NCBI GenBank assembly: GCA_024277135.1
Contig: JAJRVV010000103.1
Location: 1,207-65,206, forward strand
Direction of reading: 5' to 3'
DNA from: Chloroflexota bacterium
GTDB taxonomy: Bacteria > Chloroflexota > Anaerolineae > Promineifilales > Promineifilaceae
DNA length: 64,000 nucleotides
This document shows positions 7,955 through 17,602 of the stretch, piece by piece (the first letter of the stretch is position 1; every line of letters starts with the position of its first letter). The position numbers were made by a program, and so were the translations under genes. Below the pieces are notes generated by a model. It had not been told where the DNA came from and did no database searches. It saw only the letters and a list, made by a program, of their open reading frames with translations.

Positions 7955-10048
7955 TCATTCGTTTCCTCCGTGATTCGTTGTCCTGTCGTGATACCCGGCC
8001 GGAACCAGATACAACAACCCCATGTGTTCGCCATTGACGGGTGAATAAATGGGACGGGACTCGCCGTCGGGGAAAGCCTGTTCCACGGCCGCCAACTCCA
8101 TCAACCGCTGTGGCAGGAAAATAAACACCGCCCCCCGCCCATCATCCGGGTAAGATAAGGCGGTGGCCACGGCCGTCTCCGGCTCAATCACATCCACCGC
8201 TTTAGCTTCTGGAATCAGGTAAGGCAGGGTGGCAAACCCCCAATACATCCAGGGCGCGCCCACAAAATAGAATCGGTTGGTCAGGGCCAGTTCGTTCAGC
8301 GTGGGCGCGATTTCGGCGGCCAGCGCCGCATGGGGGCCGCCATAAATCCGCTGCGGCGTGTAGTCGAGAAAATAGGTGGCGATACTGCTCAAACTGAACA
8401 GCGCCACCGCCAATGCCCATATCGCCCGCTCCGGCACGCCGCGTATGGCCGTCTTGGCTAATTCTAAAATCTCCCCAATGGCCAGCACGATGAAATAACA
8501 GACCGGGATCGCCAGCGTGATCAGCCGTTGGCTGGATGGCGGGCTTTCCGTCAACATGCCGCCCAACAGCACACCGCCCCACCACCAGGCCACCATCGGC
8601 GCCGAACGGCCGTCCGGCCGTCGCCCCAGCAGGCGCAGGGTGGCATACCCCAACCCCATCAGGAAAACTGTGCCAAAAAACGGAGAAAGCAGCGGTTCTT
8701 TCAGGCCGTACCACACGGTGCGGTCGGCGTAATAGTTGAAAGCCAACACCGCCCGACGAAATTGGTCAAACAGAATGGCGGCCGTGCTTTGGCCACGAAC
8801 CGCCACTTCCCGTTCCAGCCAGCCGCTTTGGATGATGCCCACTTGATTGACGCGGGCGTTGAAGTCGTCGGGGAAGTTGAGCGCGTACTGAATCATGGGC
8901 GCGCCGGTGATGAAAAACGCGATGACTAACACGGCCGTCCCCTGTCGATATTTCCCCCAAAACCGGCGCGGCTGCCGCACTAACGCATACGCCAAAACGG
9001 CCAGCATCACCAGCGGCGTCAATCTGGCTCCGGCGTAAAAATACATCGCCAGCCCGGAAATCACGCCGCTCAACGCCCAATCCCGCCGGTTATCCTCGTC
9101 CATCGCCCGCACTAGGAAAAAGAGGGCCAGCGGCATAAACAAGGTGTCGGCGATCTGGTTGGAACCAAGCCGGGAGAAGTGGATGTGAAAATGGTAGGTG
9201 GCGACCAGCACGGCCGTCAGCCAGCCCCACTTGTTTCCCTTCAAGCGGCGCACCAAAAAATAAGTTGCCACTGCGGAAAGCGCGCCTACCAGCGTCCAGG
9301 GCAGGCGCAAGGCCAACGTGGTGCGCCCCATCCAGCGGATGGAAAGGCTGTTGAACATGAAGCTCAGGGTGGGCACGCCTAGCCAGCCGGCGCTGAACGG
9401 GTTGCGAATCTGGCCGTTGAGGACGCGCACCGCCTCCAGCCCTTGCGAGCCTTCATCGCCGCTCAGGGCGTAGGGGATGCTGTCCAGCCGCCACGCCCGC
9501 AGCGCCAACGCCAGCAGGCCGATGGCCACGGCCGTCACGCTCTCCCGCCAATGCGCCCGCCACCAAACCCGCCAGCCAGACCATTTCAGTCGTGGCGATA
9601 CCGCTGGTATCGCGGCCAGAAACAACCCGATGGCGGCCAGCCACGACCATGTTACCAGGCCGAACTCTCCATCTTTGGGGATGGTGGGCAGCCATTGCCA
9701 GTTAATCCAGGTCAGCAGCGCCGCCGCCGCCAACATCAGCGAACGGCCGTGTTCTTCCAGCGTGGCTGTCCAGGCGAATCCCAGAATTGGCAGTGGCGCC
9801 GGTTCAATGGGCGGATTTGGTTGCGTAGCAGACGGCCGTTCCGCCATACGGCGGCCCAACCTCAGCAGCAAAACAGCCGCCATAAGCGGCAAAAGCGCCA
9901 CCAACGGCAAAGGCGCCATCGGCTGCGCTTCCCGCGCCTTTTGCACCGTCCAGAGGGTGGTGAACATGCCCGACAGAACGGCCGTTAACAGAAGCAGCGC
10001 TTGCGGATTGCGAATACGAGATGAAATTGACATAATTTGCTTAATCAA
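7955..10048 (-). CDS. GT39 / ArnT-like polytopic glycosyltransferase
   Basis: 697 aa with many TM helices and the LSGDEGSQGLEA loop typical of PMT/ArnT-type (GT-C) transferases. Confidence 0.7.
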   Translation of the reverse strand: MIKQIMSISSRIRNPQALLLLTAVLSGMFTTLWTVQKAREAQPMAPLPLVALLPLMAAVLLLRLGRRMAERPSATQPNPPIEPAPLPILGFAWTATLEEHGRSLMLAAAALLTWINWQWLPTIPKDGEFGLVTWSWLAAIGLFLAAIPAVSPRLKWSGWRVWWRAHWRESVTAVAIGLLALALRAWRLDSIPYALSGDEGSQGLEAVRVLNGQIRNPFSAGWLGVPTLSFMFNSLSIRWMGRTTLALRLPWTLVGALSAVATYFLVRRLKGNKWGWLTAVLVATYHFHIHFSRLGSNQIADTLFMPLALFFLVRAMDEDNRRDWALSGVISGLAMYFYAGARLTPLVMLAVLAYALVRQPRRFWGKYRQGTAVLVIAFFITGAPMIQYALNFPDDFNARVNQVGIIQSGWLEREVAVRGQSTAAILFDQFRRAVLAFNYYADRTVWYGLKEPLLSPFFGTVFLMGLGYATLRLLGRRPDGRSAPMVAWWWGGVLLGGMLTESPPSSQRLITLAIPVCYFIVLAIGEILELAKTAIRGVPERAIWALAVALFSLSSIATYFLDYTPQRIYGGPHAALAAEIAPTLNELALTNRFYFVGAPWMYWGFATLPYLIPEAKAVDVIEPETAVATALSYPDDGRGAVFIFLPQRLMELAAVEQAFPDGESRPIYSPVNGEHMGLLYLVPAGYHDRTTNHGGNE

Positions 10049-10190
10049 ACCGCCTTACTGATGACCAGCGGACAACACAATTCGAGCGTACTGGAAATCC
10101 GGCAAAAATGAACTACGTATTGCTTTTTCCTGCCCATTTGAAAGACTCCTTCTATATTGAAATATATGCGAAGTCTCCATTGATTTATGG

Positions 10191-10469
10191 CTAGGGGACA
10201 CGCTGCTTATAAAGCTCACTGTCGATCCGCTCTCGCAGAAAAACCTTAATAAGCGACTGATACGGTATATCTCGTTTGTTTGCCATTACTCGTATCTCAT
10301 TTAACATTGACTCTGACATACGCAGCGAGATCGTTTTTGTAGACGGCTTTAACTTGGGAAACACCGCGCGTTCTGCCTGGTTCCAATCGAGATAATCAGT
10401 GGAATCATGAGTAGCCCAAAATTCTCGTTCTTCATCTTTATTTTCGAATTCAGGGGTTGGTTTTGGCAT
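10191..10469 (-). CDS. brnA: BrnA antitoxin (CopG-like)
   Basis: EFWATHDSTDYLDW ... ISLRMSESMLNEIRVMANKRDIPYQSLIKVFL. Overlaps the upstream brnT by 20 nt. Confidence 0.8.
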   Translation of the reverse strand: MPKPTPEFENKDEEREFWATHDSTDYLDWNQAERAVFPKLKPSTKTISLRMSESMLNEIRVMANKRDIPYQSLIKVFLRERIDSELYKQRVP

Positions 10470-10749
10470 AGGTTCGTCGCTCCTTGCGGCTCATATCGCG
10501 GGCAGAAAGCACGCGAATTTTATTTGTACGAGTGGTGTATGAGATAAAAAGTTTTCGACCCGCGTTTGTTTGTCCTAAACCGTAGAACCGTTTCTCCACT
10601 TGTGAATGCGGCACGTCATCTACGAGCAAAAGAGGTAGGTTAAAGAAAACTTCTTCGCATTCGGATGTTGAGACTTGATGCTTTGTCCAGTTTTTGATCC
10701 GATTGCCATCGTCCCATTCAAATCCATCAACATCGCTCAAATCAATCAT
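10450..10749 (-). CDS. brnT: BrnT toxin (DUF497 ribonuclease)
   Basis: FEWDDGNRIKNWTKHQVSTSECEEVFFN matches the DUF497/BrnT signature. Toxin-first operon order. Confidence 0.8.
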   Translation of the reverse strand: MIDLSDVDGFEWDDGNRIKNWTKHQVSTSECEEVFFNLPLLLVDDVPHSQVEKRFYGLGQTNAGRKLFISYTTRTNKIRVLSARDMSRKERRTYAKTNP

Positions 10750-10859
10750 GTTTGTATATTACTATCATGTACAATGGTCGTCAAGTTGTGTGGCTTTACA
10801 TTTAACGCGGCAGCATTGGGCATCGTTTGCTCCCCATGCTCACGGCGAATTGGAGGCAA

Positions 10860-11835
10860 TTATTCTTGATAAAGCGTCAGGTCGGGAAAGGCGGCGATGA
10901 GGGAAAACCAGAAGGCGGAACGAACGGGCAGCGGCTGGAGTTGGGTTCCGGCCAATTCCCCGGCAACGGCCGTCCTGGTGAAGGCCCAGGTGGAGCCGGT
11001 CTCGTTGTCAGTGATGAGGATGTCGGCCCAGGTGAAGGTGAGGGCGCGGCCGTCCACGCTGGACAAATACGCCGCGCCGGTTGGCCCCTGCTCCTGGCTG
11101 AAGATGACCAGCGCCGTCCCCTCGATTTCGTCGTTGATCACCCCGTCTCCCACCCGTTCAATCGGATAAGCCCGCAGGGTGTCGCCCATGTCCACCCCCA
11201 ACGCCACTTCGCCGGGGGTCGAGCCGGGGATCACGGCCGTTTTCGGACACAGGAAAGGCAAAGCGGCCCGTTTCGTTGATCTGACGGCCGTATCCGGCAA
11301 AGGGGTCAGCCGCGTCCCGGTCAACCGGCCCACAATCGCTTCGCCGCTGACCTGCATCTAATAAGAACCGGTCTGGTGATCTACCATCGCCATGTCCGAC
11401 TCGTACAGGGCGCTGGTGTTGCCAAGCAGGTACGTCTCCCCGTCCACCCGGCGATCATAGACGCCGCCGCTGCGGCACAGAGGGTAGTAGCTAACCAGGA
11501 TGGGACGGCCGTTCACACTGTGGCTGACCATTTCGTGGAAGTTGAGGATGCGGATGGGATAGGCAAAAGCTTCGTCCCCATAGGCGTAACCGAGAACGAT
11601 GTCGTGCTCTCGCAGCCAACCGCTGGCGGCCGTAGCTGGCTCAAAGAGCGGCTGGTAGATGGGGGGGGATGGCGTCTAGATCTACGGTGATTTCTGTTGG
11701 CGGTAAGGGGATGGGCGTCGGGGTAGAGGGGATGGTTGCTTAAGTGACCGGCGTGGCGGTGAGGGGAACGGCCGTCTGGCAAGCCGCTAGAAACAAAAGG
11801 CCGAAAATCATTCCTGCTACACGTCGGTTTCGCAT
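10860..11835 (-). pseudogene. DUF3179-family lipoprotein gene with three lesions (TAA, frameshift in a G8/C8 run, TAG replacing Trp)
   Basis: Own translation. Lipoprotein signal MRNRRVAGMIFGLLFLAACQ from 11835; TAA at 11742-11740. The frame changes at the homopolymer 11661-11668. The DUF3179 core then reads IYQPLFEP...AYPIRILNFHEMV...YYPLCRSGGVYDRRVDGE...DHQTGSY, followed by TAG (11360-11358) where the family has Trp, then MQVSGEAIVGRLTG in the same frame. Confidence 0.6.
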
Positions 11836-11916
11836 ACCTTCAGTTTAGCCAAATCCAGCCGATGGAGATGGAACAGACCTTACGGAAGGCAGCGGGTAAC
11901 AGGCAAAAGGCAGATT

Positions 11917-12192
11917 TTATAGTGTAAATATTTGCCCGGTATAGGCGATCTGGACGCCGGCAGCCAACAAATGAAGCTGGTACTTGATATCCGGAGTGGC
12001 GTCGAACAGCCAGACGGCCGTGCGCTCCCCGCGTCTGTCCACTAATCCCAAACAAGCGGCATATTCCGGCGGCCGCCGACCCTCGTGAACGGTTGTACAG
12101 CGGACGCAGCGGCAGCCAATGTGGGGCAGTCCACCGTCCTGCATGATGCCTAGCGTGACGGCCGTCACCCGGTTCCGAGGAAAGTCGAGCAT
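11917..12192 (-). pseudogene. truncated PqqB-like MBL-fold hydrolase remnant (N-terminal ~75 aa only)
   Basis: VTLGIMQDGGLPHIGCRCVRC...WLFDATPDIKYQL parallels the PqqB/PhnP-type N-terminus (LGsaaGGGfPqwnCnCxnC...llnASPDirqQl). The ORF stops after 91 aa and there is no room for the rest of the fold. Confidence 0.4.
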
Positions 12193-12391
12193 ACCGGTAA
12201 ACTAACTGAAATCTGCCGACGCGCCAAATTAGAGTTTGCGGCGGATCCTCCCGGAGGTGTCGGAACCTTCGGGAGGATGAGTCATCCCCAATTAAACATA
12301 AGTTGTTTGCCCTCCTGAGTTATGGTAAGATAATCAGCGCAGAGGGGATGTCACTGTATGGCGCTCCCAGGGGTCAAAGGTAGGTGACAAT

Positions 12392-13429
12392 ATGGAGAAT
12401 ATCAGCAAGTTATTGAACCGAAACGCAATCATCGCATTTGTGCTGGGCACGCTCTTTGGGCTGGTTGTTCTCGGTTGGTATGTGTTCCCGTTGCAATGGA
12501 CTGGCGGCGGCCCGCAAGACATGGCACAGGCCGAGAAAGAGTTCTACATTCAGGCGATCTCGGAACTTTACTCCCGCGATCTGGATGTAGCGAAGGTGCA
12601 AACAGCCCTCGGCGGTTGGAACAGCGATGAGCTTGCCTGTCAAATGGCGGCCACCACAGTCGATCCCGCCGAGGCGAAACGGCTGGAAGCGGTGGCCGGC
12701 ATCATCAACGGGCAAGGATGTACCGCGCCAACAGCGACCGGGGAACAACCAGCCGCAGAAACAGACGGCCGTTCCTCCGTAGGGCAGCTCATCGTCATCA
12801 TTCTGGTGGCATTCTTCCTGGGCGGCGCCATCCTGGTGGTGCTCAACCGGCGACGCTCCCTGACCAGCGGCGATAGCGGCGGTCAAACCCGCTACGCCAA
12901 TGTGCCAGAGGTCGCTCCAGTCACCGCCGATGAAGGGGTGATGGCTACCCCGTTAGCCCGTTTCCAAACCACCTACAATTTCGGCCACGATTCCTTCGAC
13001 GACTCCTTCAGCATCGAAAACATCAACGGTGAATTCATGGGCGAATGTGGCGTCGGCATCTCCGAATCCATCGGCTCTGACCTGCCCAAGAATGTCACTG
13101 CTTTTGAAGTTTGGCTGTTCGACAAGAATGACATTCGCACCGTCACCAAAGTGGTAATGAGCGATCACGCTTTCTTTGACGAGGCGATCAAGGCCAAATT
13201 GGCGCCCAAGGGCGAGCCGGTTTTAGGTCGGGAAAATGAGACCATCGTGTTGGAAACAGCGTCGCTCATCATCAACGCCGAAATCAAAGCGATGGAATAT
13301 GGCGCCGGAACCCTGCCCCCACAAAGTTTCTTTGAGCGGATGACCTTTGAACTGTCTGCCTGGGCCAAAGAAGCAGATGTGCCGGAACCGGATATCGAAG
13401 GGCGGGTGGATGAGCTGTTAAATTACTGA
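12392..13429 (+). CDS. hypothetical two-TM membrane protein
   Basis: 345-aa ORF with TM helices at about residues 13-33 and 133-152. Protein-like composition; no family recognised. Confidence 0.55.
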   Translation: MENISKLLNRNAIIAFVLGTLFGLVVLGWYVFPLQWTGGGPQDMAQAEKEFYIQAISELYSRDLDVAKVQTALGGWNSDELACQMAATTVDPAEAKRLEAVAGIINGQGCTAPTATGEQPAAETDGRSSVGQLIVIILVAFFLGGAILVVLNRRRSLTSGDSGGQTRYANVPEVAPVTADEGVMATPLARFQTTYNFGHDSFDDSFSIENINGEFMGECGVGISESIGSDLPKNVTAFEVWLFDKNDIRTVTKVVMSDHAFFDEAIKAKLAPKGEPVLGRENETIVLETASLIINAEIKAMEYGAGTLPPQSFFERMTFELSAWAKEADVPEPDIEGRVDELLNY

Positions 13430-13443
13430 TCGGCTATTAAGAC

Positions 13444-13492
13444 GGTATTCAGTAATCAGTATTCAGTGACCAGTGTAAGCCGTCAACTGAAC
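13444..13492. repeat. heptamer array (GGTATTC AGTAATC AGTATTC AGTGACC ...)
   Basis: Read directly. Same word family as 5733-5797. Confidence 0.7.
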
Positions 13493-13498
13493 ACGGAC

Positions 13499-13530
13499 AA
13501 GACCCTGGTCAAGCGCCAGGGTCTTTTTTA
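13499..13530 (+). terminator. intrinsic terminator
   Basis: AAGACCCTGG tcaagcg CCAGGGTCTT followed by TTTTA, downstream of the 12392-13429 gene. Confidence 0.6.
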
Positions 13531-13540
13531 TGAAGCCCGT

Positions 13541-14761
13541 TTACGCCGTTTCATATGGATCGAACAGCTTTTTCCACTCGTCCAGGGCATACCGGTCCGT
13601 CATGCCGGCGATGTAGTCGGTGATGACGCGGGGCAAAGGGACGGCAGCCAGTCGAGTGTAGGTGGCGGCGGGCAGCATGTGCGGCTCTTTGAGGTAGGCA
13701 TTGAAGATTTCGGAGATGAACCGTTCCGCTTTTTCTTGCATACGCACCAACCGGTAATGGCGATACATGCGGGCGAACAAGAACTGTTTGAGCTGCCGGA
13801 TTTTTCCGCCAAATTCGGGCGTGTAACCGACCACGTTTTCAAAATGGGACTGCACTTTCCCCGGCGAGTTCAGATTGTGGGTGACGAGGTTGGCTTCGGT
13901 GTGGCGCAGGACGTTGCCGACGGACAGGCCAATGAGTTCCCGAATGATTTCGTGGCGGATGATGGGGGTGAAATGACGGCCGTTCTCCCCACGGCCGTTC
14001 TCCCACCCCACTCTCTCCTTCAACTCCCGCCAAATCGCCAGCTCATCCAAATCAAACGACGAAAACAGTCCGGCGCGCCAGCCATCATCCAGGTCGTGCG
14101 CATTGTAGGCGATTTCATCCGCCAGATTGGAAATTTGCGCCTCCAGCGACGCCCGCGTCTCCACGCCAAACTCACCGGCGTCGCTTTTGTCATAATCCGT
14201 CTCATGCTTGATCATGCCTTCGCGGGTTTCATGCGTCAGATTCAGGCCGGGAAAATGAGGATAACGCTCTTCCAATTCAGTCACCACCCGGTAGCTTTGG
14301 GTGTTGTGGTTGAAACCGCCATGTTCGGCCATCAACTTATTGAGAATATGCTCACCGGCGTGACCGAAGGGAGAATGGCCCAAATCGTGCGCCAGACAAA
14401 TCGCTTCCGTCAGGTTTTGGTTCACGCCCAGCCCGCGCGCCAATGAGCGGCCCAATTGGGCCACTTCCAACGTGTGCGTCAGCCGGGTACGATAATGATC
14501 CCCTTCGTAGAAAACAAATACCTGGGTCTTGTATTCCAGGCGGCGAAAGGCGGTGGTGTGAATGATCCGATCTCGATCCCGTTCAAAGGCGGTGCGGGAA
14601 GCGGATTCCGGCTCTTCATAGACGCGTCCCTGGCTGGCGGACGCCCGCAGCGCATAGGGTGCCAGGGCTTTGTTTTCCATTTTTTCCAATTGTTCGCGCA
14701 AGTAAATCATCAGTTTCTCCATCAGGGGCAACTTGCCATAAACTGAGGGCAAGTGTAACAT
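13541..14761 (-). CDS. dgt: dGTP/dNTP triphosphohydrolase (HD domain)
   Basis: RTAFERDRDRIIHTTAFRRLEYKTQVF, HYRTRLTHTLEVAQLGRSLA, LAHDLGHSPFGHAGE. The start may be the internal Met at MEKLMIYL. Confidence 0.8.
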   Translation of the reverse strand: MLHLPSVYGKLPLMEKLMIYLREQLEKMENKALAPYALRASASQGRVYEEPESASRTAFERDRDRIIHTTAFRRLEYKTQVFVFYEGDHYRTRLTHTLEVAQLGRSLARGLGVNQNLTEAICLAHDLGHSPFGHAGEHILNKLMAEHGGFNHNTQSYRVVTELEERYPHFPGLNLTHETREGMIKHETDYDKSDAGEFGVETRASLEAQISNLADEIAYNAHDLDDGWRAGLFSSFDLDELAIWRELKERVGWENGRGENGRHFTPIIRHEIIRELIGLSVGNVLRHTEANLVTHNLNSPGKVQSHFENVVGYTPEFGGKIRQLKQFLFARMYRHYRLVRMQEKAERFISEIFNAYLKEPHMLPAATYTRLAAVPLPRVITDYIAGMTDRYALDEWKKLFDPYETA

Positions 14762-14802
14762 AATCCCATACCGTCGGCACGGCTTCTAAGTGAGGGCGAA
14801 CC

Positions 14803-15507
14803 ATGAAAAAATTATCTCCAGTCATCTTCGCCATTATCTTCATGGCGATTATTCTGGCAGTCGGCAGCTTTCTGGCGATTTCCTACGTGCAGCGCCGCCC
14901 GGCAGAGGCGCCTGCTCCCGCAGGCGGCGACAACGTCGGCGGCGTCTCCGTCAACGTGGAAGGGATTGATGTACAGCTTCGGGGCGATTTGATCCAGCAA
15001 GTCCGCATCATCAATCCCGCCGATGTGCAAACCATTCCCTTGGCCACAGACGCCGCCACCGACCAAAACCAGACGGTTGACGGCGGACAGGACAGCCAAA
15101 ACCCGCCGGCCGATCAGCAGAACCAACAAACGGAGCAGCCGACGCCGTTTCCCACCAACACCCCGGAACCGCCGCCCCTCCCCGCCGCCGAGCCGATCAT
15201 CACCATTGATTATGTGGTGCAGGAAGGGGACACGCTGTACAAAATCGCCGACTTGTTCAACACGGCGATTGTGTTGATGGCGGAGCGGGGGATTTCTCAG
15301 GATGATTTGGTGGCGGGGCAGACGATTGCGGTTCCGGTGGGGAACGCGGAGATTTGCCCCGGCCGTCAGCCGTATGTGGTGAAGGAAGCGGAGACGGCGT
15401 TCGCCATTGGCCAGAAGTTTGGCGTCAACGCCGAGGAGATTCAGGCGATTAATGGCCTGGACGAAAATTATACGGTGTATGCCGGAACGGTTATTTGTGT
15501 GCCTTGA
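14803..15507 (+). CDS. membrane-anchored protein with two LysM domains
   Basis: N-terminal TM helix; YVVQEGDTLYKIADLFN and YVVKEAETAFAIGQKFGVNAEEIQAINGL LysM motifs. Confidence 0.7.
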   Translation: MKKLSPVIFAIIFMAIILAVGSFLAISYVQRRPAEAPAPAGGDNVGGVSVNVEGIDVQLRGDLIQQVRIINPADVQTIPLATDAATDQNQTVDGGQDSQNPPADQQNQQTEQPTPFPTNTPEPPPLPAAEPIITIDYVVQEGDTLYKIADLFNTAIVLMAERGISQDDLVAGQTIAVPVGNAEICPGRQPYVVKEAETAFAIGQKFGVNAEEIQAINGLDENYTVYAGTVICVP

Positions 15508-16580
15508 TGAAACGATTTAACTTCACCGCTCTGTTTTTGCTGATGTTGACGGCCGTCGCCTGCCAATCGTTGGTGGATTTGGGGGTTTCGAGTACGGCCG
15601 TACCTGATGCGCCGGAAGGGTTTCCCACCCTCACCCCCACCCCCGCCGCTGGACTGAGCCGGGCCAACCCGCTGCCGGTGGGCGCGGCCGTCACCCTGGC
15701 CGATTGGCGCATCGAAGTATTAGAAATCGCGCGCGGCGACGACGCCTGGGAGCAAATCCGCCGCGCCAACCCAAACAACGAACCGCCGGGCGACAACGAA
15801 GAGTATCTCCTGGCGCGTTACCGCGTCAAAAATGAGAGCGGCAGCGCCGATGACGCCTATTTGGGATTGCACGTCACCGGCGACAACCTGGCGCTGCATT
15901 ACAGCTTTAACGCCGATGTGGTTCAGCCTGAACCCCGCCTGGAAACCACATTGCCCGGCGGCGGCGAAAGCGAAGGCTGGCTTGCTTACCGCATCTGGCG
16001 CGGCGAAAGCAATTTGGTGGCGGTCATTGACTCGCTTCTGGAATACGACACGCCGCCGCAATATCTGGCGCTGGAGCCGGGCGCGGCCATCCCATCCGGG
16101 CAGGCGGCGTTAGAGAGCATCCCCGCCACTAACCTGGGCGCAGACAGCCGCGAACCGGCGCCGCTGGGCCAGGTCGTCACCGGCGAAGATTGGCAGGTCG
16201 CTGTTTTAGACGCGGTCAGCGGTCAGGCCGCCTGGGAAATGGTGTATGAGGCCAACCAGTTCAACGATCCGCCGCCTGACCGCGCCATGTACGTGGTCGT
16301 CCGGGTGCGGGTGAAATACATCGGATGGGAGGAAGATGGCGTCTCCGTTAGCGACAGCAGTTTCACCCTGGTGAACGGCCAGGGGTCTGCTTATGACACG
16401 CCTTCCGTGGTGGAGCCGGAACCAGACTTGTTTTTTGAACTGTATCCCGGCGGCAGCGTGGAGGGGTATTTGGTGTTTTGGGCCAAAGAGGATGATTCCG
16501 GGCTGATGCTGCTGTTTGACCCGCCGCTTTCAGGCGATTACGAGACCCGGTATCTGTCGCTGGGGCTGGGCGGCAGGTGA
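15507..16580 (+). CDS. lipoprotein with two DUF4352-like repeats
   Basis: Start at the ATG overlapping the upstream stop (TGATG). Lipobox MKRFNFTALFLLMLTAVAC. Two homologous halves (ANPLPVGAAVTLADWRIEVLEI... / REPAPLGQVVTGEDWQVAVLDA...). Confidence 0.6.
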   Translation: MKRFNFTALFLLMLTAVACQSLVDLGVSSTAVPDAPEGFPTLTPTPAAGLSRANPLPVGAAVTLADWRIEVLEIARGDDAWEQIRRANPNNEPPGDNEEYLLARYRVKNESGSADDAYLGLHVTGDNLALHYSFNADVVQPEPRLETTLPGGGESEGWLAYRIWRGESNLVAVIDSLLEYDTPPQYLALEPGAAIPSGQAALESIPATNLGADSREPAPLGQVVTGEDWQVAVLDAVSGQAAWEMVYEANQFNDPPPDRAMYVVVRVRVKYIGWEEDGVSVSDSSFTLVNGQGSAYDTPSVVEPEPDLFFELYPGGSVEGYLVFWAKEDDSGLMLLFDPPLSGDYETRYLSLGLGGR

Positions 16581-16654
16581 AAGGGAATTATGAAGGATGA
16601 AACATCCCGTCGCCTTGTTGCCTTGTCACCCTGTCATTTCTATGGGGGGATGCT

Positions 16655-17038
16655 TTGCAATTGGTAGCGATTGCTGTGGGCGGAGCGGTGGGGGCGCTGC
16701 TGCGTTTCGCCGCTTCTGGTCTGGCATACAATGTTCTGGGGTCTGATTTCCCCTGGGGGACGCTGGCGGTGAATGTCATCGGCTCTTTTTTGATTGGGTT
16801 TTTGTGGGAGTGGTTCGCGGACACGGCCGTTTCTCCCAACACCCGCTCCCTCATCTTCACCGGCGGGTTGGGCGCGTTCACCACTTTCTCCACTTACAAC
16901 CTGGAAAACTTGAACTTGTTTCGAGACGGGCAGTTCCGGCTGGGCGCAGCCAACATGGCGGTGAGCAATGGGCTGGGCATCCTGGCCGTGTTTTTGGGGT
17001 TTGTGTTGGGCCGCTGGTTAACGGCCGTGCTACGGTAA
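16655..17038 (+). CDS. crcB: fluoride channel CrcB/FluC
   Basis: VAIAVGGAVGALLRF ... GTLAVNVIGSFLIGF ... TGGLGAFTTFSTY. Apparent TTG start. Confidence 0.8.
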   Translation: MQLVAIAVGGAVGALLRFAASGLAYNVLGSDFPWGTLAVNVIGSFLIGFLWEWFADTAVSPNTRSLIFTGGLGAFTTFSTYNLENLNLFRDGQFRLGAANMAVSNGLGILAVFLGFVLGRWLTAVLR

Positions 17039-17056
17039 GAAATTATTGAGAATGGG

Positions 17057-17093
17057 ACACGGATAACACGGATTCGACGGATTTTCACGGATT
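17057..17093. repeat. CACGGAT-type short tandem repeats
   Basis: acacggataacacggattcgacggattttcacggatt, read directly. Same family at 60848-60935. Confidence 0.7.
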
Positions 17094-17190
17094 AAAAATT
17101 ATTCGTTTCACTTTGAACTCATGTCACAAGTCCTCAACTCTTTCTCTGTGTTCTCGGTGAACTCTGTGGCTATTTACAACGGAGGCGGAG

Positions 17191-17547
17191 ATGAAACTAC
17201 CAGAAGAAGGCGTCCTCCTGCGCATCTTCATCGGTGAGCGAGACACCTACCAGGGCAAACCGCTGTACGAACAGATCGTACACAAGGCCAAAGAGCTGGA
17301 TTTGGCCGGGGCCACGGTGACGCGGGGCATCATGGGGTTTGGCGCCAGCAGCCGGGTGCAAACCGCCAAGCTGCTACGCCTGTCTGAAGACCTGCCGCTG
17401 GTGATTGAAGTGGTGGATAGCGAAAAGTATATCAACCGGCTGCTCCCTTTTCTCGACGAAGTGGTCGAGGAAGGGCTGATCACGCGGGAGAAGGTGCGGA
17501 TTTTCAAATATGGCTACCGCCGACGGGGTAACAAGGTGACAGAGTGA
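17191..17547 (+). CDS. DUF190 (PII-like) protein commonly paired with crcB
   Basis: [43 protein letters not shown] pattern; adjacent to crcB. Confidence 0.7.
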   Translation: MKLPEEGVLLRIFIGERDTYQGKPLYEQIVHKAKELDLAGATVTRGIMGFGASSRVQTAKLLRLSEDLPLVIEVVDSEKYINRLLPFLDEVVEEGLITREKVRIFKYGYRRRGNKVTE

Positions 17548-17555
17548 CACATTCC

Positions 17556-17589
17556 CAATCCAAAATCCAAAATTGCAAATCCGAAATCC
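17556..17589. repeat. AAAATCC-type heptamer array in the pgk 5' leader
   Basis: ccaatccaaaatccaaaattgcaaatccgaaatcc, ending 13 nt before the pgk ATG. Confidence 0.8.
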
Positions 17590-17602
17590 TACAAGAGGTT
17601 TT

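Noticed and set aside
11358-11360. The in-frame TAG in the DUF3179 gene as pyrrolysine or programmed read-through.
   Set aside because: It replaces a conserved Trp by a single TGG-to-TAG transition. The same gene also has a TAA and a frameshift, so pseudogenisation is the simpler explanation.
16581-16660. Fluoride (crcB-motif) riboswitch upstream of crcB-DUF190.
   Set aside because: I could not find the conserved GGxGAUG...CUGAUGA-type core or a pseudoknot-compatible layout. There is only a GAAGGAT repeat unit and a G-run. An Infernal scan with RF01734 would settle it.
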